64,000 nt of DNA from Chrysomallon squamiferum. Its lineage: Eukaryota > Animalia > Mollusca. The notes below the pieces were generated by a model, which did not search any database, was not told where the DNA came from, and saw only the letters and a list, made by a program, of their open reading frames with translations. Position numbers and translations under genes: made by a program. The stretch spans positions 24,366,001-24,430,000 of the forward strand of contig CM022679.1 of NCBI GenBank assembly GCA_012295275.1, in the 5' to 3' direction. Positions 1-9,702 of this stretch are shown piece after piece (position 1 is the first letter of the stretch; every line of letters starts with the position of its first letter).

Positions 1-144
1 TGTAACTCTCAGTGTATAATGTTCATAATAGCAGTTGGTGGAAGCAGGATTTTACTTCACTGGTAAATACTTACGTACTGTTATTATCATGTTTACATCA
101 CACAGATATCTGTCTGTTATTATTAACTACCCCAATTAACTTTA

Positions 145-767
145 GGGTCATTCCGTGTCAAATCACCCAATGGTTTAAACCCGACCGTCTCAGATTTTTA
201 TGAAACTTGGTATACTTGTTGACTGGGATCCCACAGCATAAAATCTGAAATTTTAGCTCAATCAGACCAGTGGTGTGGGAGATACGGCCCACCGAATTTT
301 GAGATTTTTGCCAAAAATGGGTGTGACCACCAACCTTAGAACCCTCCTATCTCAGGAACTACTGGGCCAATCTTCATAAAATTGGTATTGTTAGAAAGGC
401 AAAATGACAAGGATACCAAATCTGCCATTTTTGTTTAGTTTGGAAAATATTGGAGTACCTTGACCTTTTGACCTTTGCTATGACCTTGAAATTGACCGTG
501 TGGATCACGTGATCTTGAGATGACCTTTATTGAAATTTAATCTCCCACATGTTAACTAAAACATATAAAAAGTTTCCTGGGTGTAATATTTTTGTTTAGC
601 CAAATATAGATTTAAAAAATGCACATACATGAAAATAACACCTTTTCAGCCATTAACATCTGATTAACTAAAACCTGAATGATCAATTCTGGATGCTAGG
701 AATCACCATCTCTCTTGATCATCGAGTAAGACATTGTAGGCCTACCTGTATGCATAAAGTTCACATA
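145..767 (+). repeat. Left terminal inverted repeat of the Sola2-like element
   Basis: Reverse complement of 2334-2963 along its whole length with scattered mismatches and small indels (e.g. aaacccgaccgtctcagatttttatgaaacttgg vs ccaagtttcataaaaatctgagacggtcgggttt). Confidence 0.95.
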
Positions 768-1627
768 TAAAAGATTCCTGGGTATAATATTTTTTGTTTA
801 GCCATAATAGAGATTTAAAAAAATGCATACCTGCATGGATGATTGATACAATGCATTACAATGTACATTTTCTCTGAGACTAAAAACTCATCTTTGGAGT
901 TAAAACCCACCTGACATGTCTGAAGGAATGCCTGAAAGATATGAAAAGATGCCAAATGGCATGACATGTTCTACACAATCAGGCTGAAAGGGTTAACAGG
1001 AAGTGATGCTTCAGGCAGGTCAGGAATTCCTTTAGATCCCCTGGTGCAATCCCCATTGAGCACATGGCAATTAGAAGTTTAAGAAAAAGAAGTTTCTTCA
1101 TCTGCATTTCTTTGACAATTTGAAGCTTTTTAACTTGGACACAATGTCAGATGTTGATATATAAACAATATTTTTATTTCATAAAACCTATTAAGTAATT
1201 TTATCATGTCATGTGGGCAGATTTGGTTTTGAACAAGGTTTCAGTCAACAACAGTACAACCCAGTCTGAAATCAGATGTCATCAAGTGATGTACTGCATA
1301 ATGTATTTGTACACCCAGTCTTCGGCACAGAGTATGAACAAGGTCTACTTCACCTTAATAAACTGTGATTTATACTTGAGAAGATTGACATAAATGCCCA
1401 AGACTTGTGGGCCTTTGGCAATAACACATGTACTCTGCTGCCATTTTATGACCTGCTTAACTTTACTGAAACGGTTTCAGCACTGACTTTGTTCTATTGA
1501 ATTGAAGGTGCAGGCCAATAATGAAAATCCTTATTTCTTCCAAGGCTAACTGCAGCTTTAACTCTCCTGAAAATGTGTGTTATCAACACCATCATATCAA
1601 AAAGGAGTTGTTGTTTAGTATGGAAAA

Positions 1628-2356
1628 CTGAGGAAGTCGAACTCCTCACTCTTTGAAGTGGGATCAAACACGGGACATCAAGAGTATCATGAACAAGAAC
1701 TTTTCATCAAATTTTCAACATTGCAGAAAAACTGTTGTGATCCCCTTAATCGCCACCCTGAGCAAGCACGCACTAGATCTTTAAGAATTGTTAGCATGGG
1801 CACTTACAAATGCTTAGTAAATCCTCCAAAGACACTAGTGCCAGGAGACAAGTTGTGCTGTGACTGTCTGATTACCCTTCAGAAATCAAAGGTCCTGCAG
1901 AGGATGGCTTTAGTATGGGTGGTATTACAATGGGAGAATTTGGTGATAACTTGCCAGACAAACAACTGGTTGTTGTTTCCCAAGAAAAGGATTTTGATTT
2001 GAATTCTATTCTGTTGAGTTTAGGCGAAACTCCTGTCAAACTCCATTCTCTAGCACATTCCAGTAAATGAATGAAAGGACAGAAAAAAACTAGCATCAGC
2101 TACAGTAACATTAAAATGACATCATAATGTCTGAATCCTACCCAGAGCATGTGCAAATCTTGATTTTGTCACCCTTTACCATTGAAAGGACAATGAATTG
2201 AAGGAGGAAATAATCCAATTTTATGAAAGTGATGAGAACAGTAGAATGTGTCTGGGAATGAAGGATACAGTGAGCATTTGAAACAAACATAGTGAGACGG
2301 TTAAGCATCAGAAACACCTAGTTCTCTCAGATTTATGTGAACTTTATGCATACATG
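1628..2356 (+). pseudogene. Degenerate N-terminal part of a Sola2-type transposase
   Basis: Fragments broken by stops and frameshifts read EEVELLTL*SG, HEQELFIKFSTLQKNCCDPLNRH...RSLRIVS...LVPGDKLCCDC, LNSILLSLGETPVKLHSL and LKEEIIQFYESDENSRMCLGMKDTVSI*...KHQKHLVLSDLCELY. These match my recollection of Sola2 transposase motifs (CCDPxxxH, PGxKLC, FYxxDExSRxxPGxKD, QKRLxLxxLxELY). No catalytic DDD core is visible. Confidence 0.8.
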
Positions 2357-2963
2357 TAGGCCTACAATGTCTTACTGATGATGAAAGAAAGATGGTGATC
2401 CCTAGCATCCAGAATTGATCATTCAGGTTTTAGTTAATCAGATGTTAATGGCTGAAAAGGTTTATTTTCATGTATGTGCATTTTTTAAATCTATATTGTG
2501 GCTAAACAAAAAATATTACCCAGGAAACTTTTATATGTTTTAGTTAACATGTGGGAGATTAAATTTCAATAAAGGTCATCTCAAGATCACGTGATCCACA
2601 CGGCCAATTTCAAGGTCATAGCAAAGGTCAAAAGGTCAAGGTACTCCAATATTTTCCAAACTAAACAAAAATGGCAGATTTGGTATCCTTGTCATTTTGC
2701 CTTTCTAACAATACCAATTTTATGAAGATTGGCCCAGTAGTTCCCGAGATATGAGGGTTCTAAGGTTGGTGGTCACACCCATTTTTGGCAAAAATCTCAA
2801 ATTTCGTAGGGCCGTATCTCCCACACCACTGGTCTGATTGGGCTAACATTTCAGATTTGGTGCTGTGGGATCCCAGTCAACAAGTATACCAAGTTTCATA
2901 AAAATCTGAGACGGTCGGGTTTAAATTTCTTTTTTTTTTGGGTGATTTGACATGGAATGACCC
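2334..2963 (-). repeat. Right terminal inverted repeat of the Sola2-like element
   Basis: Reverse complement of 145-767. Confidence 0.95.
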
Positions 2964-3116
2964 TTTAATATTATTATTCTATTTTACTATCAACATGATT
3001 AAACTAATTACATCTTGATAATTATATTCATTGGTGTGAATAATGAAAAAAGAATAATGTGTGTATATCTATATATCTCTGTATGTGTCAGACTGTAATA
3101 AGTTTGTCTGTTAGTG

Positions 3117-3147
<31 letters not shown>

Positions 3148-3433
3148 TGTCTATAAAAATGTTACTTATCAAATAAGAGTAATTATACTTAAGAACTGAT
3201 TCTAATTTTCTTTTCTAATTATCCTCCAGACTAACCATGGCTTCACCTAATGTATTCAGTTTTAAATATGGATAATATGGGTTAAGTTTCAAATAAGAAA
3301 ACAGAATGATGTTGAAAATATAAAAACACATCTGTATTGTGTATAATGTGAATAAAATCATAATTTTGCTCCACAAGTTACAACTGACTTTAATACCTCT
3401 TATCTTTGATAATATTTATGTAATTGTATAGGT

Positions 3434-3470
<37 letters not shown>

Positions 3471-3512
3471 ATATGTGTGTAATTGTCTCATGTTTATATC
3501 AAAAATTAAATA

Positions 3513-4195
3513 CAGTGGTACCTCGACTTACGAGTGCCCCAACTATTTTTCAAGTTACAAATGGTCGCCCAGTCAATATTTTGCTTTAAGTTGTGAGCCA
3601 ATGAACAACATAACATCTGACCAGCATCCCGCATCTCATTCATTTACTTCATGTGGCAACCTTGCTGTGGAAGCATCTCTGTTAGGTTGTGCTTACATTT
3701 TGTGCAGTATTTTGCCAAATTTCTTTTTCCTAAGAAAGTGAGTGCAAAGGACAGTGCTGAGAAGAACAAGCAGATGATGTCCACTGAATTAAAGCTTGAA
3801 TTCACAGAAAAACTTGAGCAAGATGTTCAAGTCGTCAACATGGCTAGGCAGTATGAGCATAGTACTTCTACGATATGTACCATACTGAGGCTGAAGGAGA
3901 CGATAATGGCTGGAACTCCAGCCAAAGGCGTTAAAATAATTTGTCTGATCTCCAAGTTAAATACACTTTACAAAACCAATTTAGTTCTTTACATTCTTTT
4001 ATTTTGTTCTTTTTACAATATTTAAAAAGGTTATGAAAAAAAAAAATAAAAAAAATGATGTTGTTTTTAGGGAGCTGGAATGGATTAATGGTATTTCATT
4101 TAATTTCATTTGGGAAAATTGATTTGATATACAAGCAATTTGAGTTACGAGCTCGGTCACACAATGAATTAAACTCGTAAGTCAAGGTAGCACTG
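3513..4195 (+). mobile_element. Non-autonomous Tigger/pogo (Tc1/mariner superfamily) element
   Basis: 23-bp TIRs CAGTGGTACCTCGACTTACGAGT / ACTCGTAAGTCAAGGTAGCACTG with 2 mismatches, and a TA duplication at 3511-3512 and 4196-4197. Confidence 0.92.
3729..3941 (+). pseudogene. Tigger transposase remnant (CENP-B-type N-terminal HTH only)
   Basis: PKKVSAKDSAEKNKQMMSTELKLEFTEKLEQDVQVVNMARQYEHSTSTICTILRLKETIMAGTPAKGVKII resembles Tigger N-termini. The start Met and the DDE domain are absent. Confidence 0.85.
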
Positions 4196-4353
4196 TAGTT
4201 TGTAAATGTTTTAGAAAGCACAAGATAAATGTGTTTACAAGTATGTTTTGTTTAGTGTTACTCTCAAATATTATTTCCATGCTGACACTTCACTTTTCTA
4301 GTAAACACTATTTTTATTATAATCCTCTGTAATTGCTGAATTTATTTTTACAG

Positions 4354-4517
4354 GATGTTCAGATAAAGTTGTTTGTTTTGCTTGTGGATATGGTCTGAGA
4401 AAGTGGAAACCTTCAGCAGATCCTTGGGTGGAGCATGCCCGTCACTCACCTGACTGTCAGTTTGTCAGAGAGAAAAAAGGGGTGGAGTTTATACAGCAAG
4501 CAGCTCAAATGACCGAG
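4354..4517 (+). CDS. IAP/BIRC-family gene, exon encoding the C-terminal half of a BIR domain (5' exons outside the window)
   Basis: Bounded by ttttacAG and GTatat. Translates as (G)CSDKVVCFACGYGLRKWKPSADPWVEHARHSPDCQFVREKKGVEFIQQAAQMTE, with the exact BIR C-x2-C-x16-H-x6-C motif. It enters in phase 1 and exits in phase 0. Confidence 0.95.
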
Positions 4518-4834
4518 GTATATTTATTAGTAAATCATCTAAATGAATTTGGATTGTTTAATTGTTAGTAAATAAACTGTTGATGTTCTGTGGCAGATAT
4601 TTTGAATAAAACTGGTAACTAACAATAACATATTAAAATCATCAAATTGAAGACAACGAAAAAAATAAAATATAATTAACCTGTGGTGTGCTCAGCAGAT
4701 TGATATATGAAACACTTATGAAAGTTCTTTTATGTAATTTATTGTTTATTTATTACATTTTCCATTTGTCAGTAGTCAAATAATGAATTAATTTACTGAG
4801 ACAGAAAAAGAATCTTAATATTCAGTTATTATGA

Positions 4835-4866
<32 letters not shown>

Positions 4867-4870
4867 TCAG

Positions 4871-4901
4871 GTTCTTACAGTGTCTGATCCACCTAAGGAA
4901 G
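4871..4901 (+). CDS. IAP gene, 31-nt linker micro-exon (VLTVSDPPKE-G)
   Basis: Bounded by tttcAG and GTatga. Its phase 0 to phase 1 change is exactly what joins the BIR exon in frame to the next exon. Confidence 0.8.
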
Positions 4902-5244
4902 GTATGAATGTTTGTTACATTTTTTTTCACTTACTTCTACATAAATCTGTATTAACCCCCCCCCCCAAAAGATGCCAAACAAGAACAAACTGGCCTGTTT
5001 CTTGAATTTAAATTTAAATATATTTTCTAATTTTCACTTGAAATAGTTAAAGACACAAATGGATATATTTGTATATGATGTTTGTTTTTATGGTGTGTGA
5101 AGAGAAAATTAATTTTTTTTTAGTCAATAAATAAAAAGGTATCTAATCCGTTGTTATATTTTTTATAACCACAGTATTTGTCATTTACTGTCACATTTAT
5201 AAATATTACTCCATGACATTTTATTTCTTATTTCCATTCTGCAG

Positions 5245-5388
5245 GTCCAGTCAGTGAGGAAGGTCCAGTGCACACAGTTAGAATGGGAAAACCACACCTG
5301 GATATGTCAGCCATTGCAGCAGCCATGGAATGTAATTACAGCATTGAACAAATTCGTGAAGCCATCCTTACATTTTTCTTTTCGTCCC
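5245..5388 (+). CDS. IAP gene, exon with the first part of a UBA-like domain
   Basis: Bounded by ttctgcAG and GTgagt, 144 nt, phase 1 to 1. Translates as GPVSEEGPVHTVRMGKPHLDMSAIAAAMECNYSIEQIREAILTFFFSS, resembling the IAP UBA pattern 'AVxAxxEMGYSxxxIxxAI'. Confidence 0.88.
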
Positions 5389-5427
5389 GTGAGTCCAGTG
5401 ATGTAGATAAATCACATACAACAACAA

Positions 5428-5694
5428 CTGTTTTTTCTTTATTAACAGTGAAATGCATCTTCTCCCAAAGATTCAAGAAATTTACAAATTTTGAAATCCT
5501 CTTCTAATAATAGTATTATTATTACTTGAATATACATAGTTCTTAGTTCAAACTATTTGTTTTTTCTTTATTAACAGTGAAATGCCTCTTCTCCCAAAGA
5601 TTCAAAATACATATAAATTTTGAAATACTCTTCGAATAATAGAATAGCATTATTATTTCTTTTATATAAATAGTTCTTATTACAAACTGATTGT
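5428..5694. repeat. Intronic tandem duplication, two ~130-bp units
   Basis: tttttctttattaacagtgaaatgc(a/c)tcttctcccaaagattcaa...tagttctta.t.caaact occurs twice in tandem. Confidence 0.9.
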
Positions 5695-5822
5695 AAAATA
5701 TGAACCATCCAATGAAATTAAATTGTTCTTAAATGAATTATATGGTATTAGATAAATAACTTATTTTAAATGTTTTATTACAGTTGTTTAATTGTTTAAT
5801 TATTTGTGTTGTTTTATTTAAG

Positions 5823-6386
5823 GTGGTCTCTACCCTAATAAAACATTATTGCTGGGATTGCTTCAAGCAGCTGATAAAAATTTTGACATGGTTAGAAAGA
5901 ACAGAGAAGATCTTAGAAAGAAGGATGGTGCACTGCAGAGTACTTTCCAGCAGCTGCAAAGAAAGGATGGAGAACTGCAGAGAAAGGATGAAGAATTACA
6001 GAAAACTTATCAAGAACTGCAGAGAGAGAGAGAAGAATTACAGAGAAAGGAACTTGAGGCTCGAGCAGCACAGATTAAACTTCACAGAGAACAGCAGACT
6101 CACTTGGCTTTGGCTGAGGGTCAGGCAGCAGTCATACGTAGACATGTCCAGGAGATTAGAAACAGAGAACAACAATCTCGCATGTACCAGCAACAACTAC
6201 AGCAGAGAGATCAACATTACCAGCAACAACTACAGCAGAGAGATCAGTTACTGTACATTGCACATCAGCAGCTTGACAACCAGACAGAACAGCTGAACAA
6301 CAGACAGCAGCTGATTCAAAATAACATGACTGAGATGATCAGACGTCTGGCAAATGAACTGCAGAGACTGGGTCGAGATGTTCGAG
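5823..6386 (+). CDS. IAP gene, exon with the end of the UBA-like domain and a long Q/E/R-rich coiled coil
   Basis: Bounded by ttttatttaAG and GTttga, 564 nt, phase 1 to 1, in the frame of ORF 5849-6532. Reads GLYPNKTLLLGLLQ, then heptads LQRKDGE/LQRKDEE/LQKTYQE and onward. Confidence 0.88.
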
Positions 6387-6856
6387 GTTTGAAACATTTA
6401 ATGATTATAAGTTACAGAAGAATTTCTTTGATGTTTTTATTTAAATGTATTGTGTTCATTAGTTTTTGTCATACTAAAAAAATAATGAGTTTTAAAGATT
6501 ATCTAAGTTACATTTTTACTGAATTGTTTTGAATACTATTTTAATATGAACATATATACCCAAAAAACCATTGTTATTATTTTTATGCTGATGTCAAATT
6601 TTTTAATATTTAGAAGATAGAATATAACTATTTTTGAAAAAGAGACTAGAAATAACAAAGTGAGTAATAAAAAATATAGTATAAAACTATCAAATACTCA
6701 GTAATTTTACTCTAAAAAAATAACCATTTAAATTTATTGTTATCAAATTTCATCTCCCTTATTTCTTATTTTATTTATTTTTTTTATTTTTTTTTAATTT
6801 ACTGCATAGAAAATAAATAATAGTTGTTTATGTCATAATAATTTTTCTGTTTTCAG

Positions 6857-7065
6857 ATATACCAGATGACAACTCAGATGATGGTTCATCAACACCTCCA
6901 GGTGTGTCTAGATGTAAAGTTTGTCTGTCAGAAAATGCAAATATTCTATTCAGACCGTGTCGACACATTTGTTGTGGAGCCCAGTGTGCACATCGGTTTG
7001 TAAATGAAGCATGTCCAGTCTGTCGTACAGTTGTACAGGAATATGAACTTGTCTTCATATCATAA
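6857..7065 (+). CDS. IAP gene, terminal exon encoding an IAP-type RING finger
   Basis: Acceptor ttttcAG. Translates as DIPDDNSDDGSSTPPGVSRCKVCLSENANILFRPCRHICCGAQCAHRFVNEACPVCRTVVQEYELVFIS*. The 13-residue tail ending xFxS matches XIAP/cIAP RINGs. TAA is at 7063-7065. Confidence 0.95.
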
Positions 7066-7929
7066 ATATCATCTCTTACCATATATATATATGGTATCAT
7101 ATATCTGATATCACAAGTCATATTTTTTGACTAAAAACATACATTGTCATATTAATATTGTAGATATCATTTATATGATGATCGTATTGTTTGAATGATA
7201 ACATCATTATATACTCATGGTATACATTTGGTACATATGACATTATTTTTTTATATTGTATCATACTTATTATTGATTTGTTATTCTGATGATACATCTT
7301 GTCATAAGTGATTTAGCATATGGTGAAATATCACATTGCATTTCATTTGTGTCTTGTGCAACACACAAACTGTTTTGGTGTTACAGAATCAATAGTAATA
7401 CCATGTTGTCATCTGGTATTTAAAAATATTACAGTGAGGTATTTAGACAAAGAAAACCTATTTGCAAAGACATTTGACTTAGTCTTATTTCACATGGATA
7501 CATGTAGATATTTATGAATGATTGGCATACACATGCAGATATATATATATATCAATACATATATATAACACAGACACACAGACACACCCATCTTATACAT
7601 ACCCATAAGCAATGCTTATATACATATTTGAAATAATGTTATGTTAAATACTAGATGAAAATAACATTTCATCTTACATTTGTTAAAAATCTCATTGTCA
7701 AATGCAGTGTACAACTGTCTTCCTTTTACAAATTTAATTACAGTCAATTATTTAATGAGCGGTTTCCATAGGTAGTCAATCCTAAATAAATAGTTTGTGT
7801 CACATATTAAAAAATTACAATTAATTTCAGTAAGAATTCAATGTATTCAATTTGTATAATAGTGTGGCATTTTTGTACTAAAATTATTTACTAGTAAATG
7901 GCAGTTATTTTAAAATAGGGCACATAACC

Positions 7930-7967
<38 letters not shown>

Positions 7968-9172
7968 AAATTAGTTTATTTCCATATTATTTTATTCTAT
8001 AGTTTAAGGAAGCATAATATTAAAAGGATTCACAGTTGGAATCCTGATTAAGTTAACTGTGAGTAATGGAACAAAACTAAATTTCTTCATACAGATAACA
8101 ATGGTATTAAAATGATTAACATTCAGTATCCAAATTCAGTTATCTGTAAGGATTAGCCAGAAATCAAGGAAAGGAAATGTTTTTCAAAATTAATATTTTT
8201 ACTGGATAACAAAAAACAAAACCACATTCCAAGTTTTATCTCATTTTTAATATATTCATGTGAAATGAGAAAAATTTTCTTTTACAGTATATTGCAACTC
8301 ACTGCCATCTTCCATAATACATGTATTTAGAAATAGCATTGTTTTAGTTTCTTGGATTTGCAATGTTTTTAACCACTGCCATGTCTATTTATAATTTACA
8401 GTTTGAATATGGTTATGTAATTTTCATCTTTATAAATACAAAATTATAATATTTACATTTAGTGAAAAGCATTAATTGGGAGGATCTGTCTTTTACTTGT
8501 GAAGAAGAAAAATGAATTTAATAAAATTAATTATTAAAGCTAAGGTCAGCAATAGATTTTAGAAATAAGATATTAAAAATAAATAATTAAAAATTTGTAC
8601 AATATACAAATAATAAAAAAAGAATAAAGCTGTACAGTTAATCATATTAGTGCTATTTGATTTTTGGACATGTTTTTTATATTTTCACATCATGTCTTGT
8701 AAATTATTATCTGTAAACAAATTTTAATCATTAAAATATACCATTTGGATATGTTTAGAATTTTATATCTTCTACATTTACAGTTTTTATTTATTTATTT
8801 ATTTTTTATTTTTTTTTTTTATTTTTTTTGCTCATACAAGCAGCCACATTTTCTGGAATTTTGTGGTTTTATGTTCTGTTTTTAAAGCATTGTTTGTATA
8901 TCCTGTATATAGTATCTCATAGATTAGTTGTTTTACATAATTATATGTAACTTTTTTCTTTTATTATTCATTAGAGATATTTTATTATTAAACTGAGATT
9001 TGCAAAATATAATTTTCATTCAGTCTTAAAGTCTGTACTTAGTTTTTGAATTCTCAGAATTGTCAAATAGTTTTTAAAAGTAAATTTTATAAATATATCT
9101 GTTTGATTATAATAGAAAATATAAATGTTATATTTTTTAATAAAAAATCATTTTGCTTTTTTTTATTTATTA

Positions 9173-9217
<45 letters not shown>

Positions 9218-9616
9218 TAATTTTTGTTAGATAATTTAGAGCTAGTCTTCTGAACATTTTGGTTGTAAATGTAGACTTTCTGTGTAATATACAAGCATGT
9301 TACTTTGTATATATATAAAACATTGTAGAGGATTCTTTGTAGAAGAATTTTCATCATCTGTCAATTTCTTTCTTCTCTTCACTCATTATTTCTGCATCTT
9401 TTTCTTCAAAATATGGCAGCATTATCTAGTTGTTTCTTTTTCATTTTTAAAAAAAAATTAATATCAAACACAAATATCATTAACCATTTGATACAGTGTT
9501 CTTTTTGATATATCTCTAACTTAACACAAAAGATTTTTCATAGTTGTCATTTATTTCTTTATCAAACTACTTAATCATGGAGTTTTGACATAAGACAATA
9601 TTGTCAATTAAATTTA

Positions 9617-9702
<86 letters not shown>

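Larger units (their letters stand above)
145..2963 (+). mobile_element. Non-autonomous Sola2-like DNA transposon (internal deletion derivative)
   Basis: Termini are GGGTCATTCC...GGAATGACCC, flanked by a 4-bp direct repeat TTTA (141-144 and 2964-2967). TIRs are ~620 bp and degenerate transposase motifs lie inside. GRG termini, a 4-bp AT-rich TSD and very long TIRs fit the Sola2 group. Confidence 0.85.

Noticed and set aside
4323-4355. In-frame SSVIAEFIFTG before the BIR exon, resembling the BIR 'LAxAGFxYTG' motif
   Set aside because: An in-frame TAA precedes it and the RxxTF half of the BIR is missing. It is better explained as the polypyrimidine tract and acceptor of a phase-1 intron.
5784-6296. 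170-aa ORF overlapping the coiled-coil exon (also the minus-strand ORF 6828-7121)
   Set aside because: These are alternate-frame or antisense shadows of IAP exons. Splice phases support only the other frame.
6387-6532. Hydrophobic C-terminal extension of ORF 5849-6532
   Set aside because: It is read-through into an AT-rich intron past the donor at 6387.
7935-7965. Poly-A run as a retroposon tail
   Set aside because: No TSD or upstream element is evident, and long A/T runs are ubiquitous in this window.
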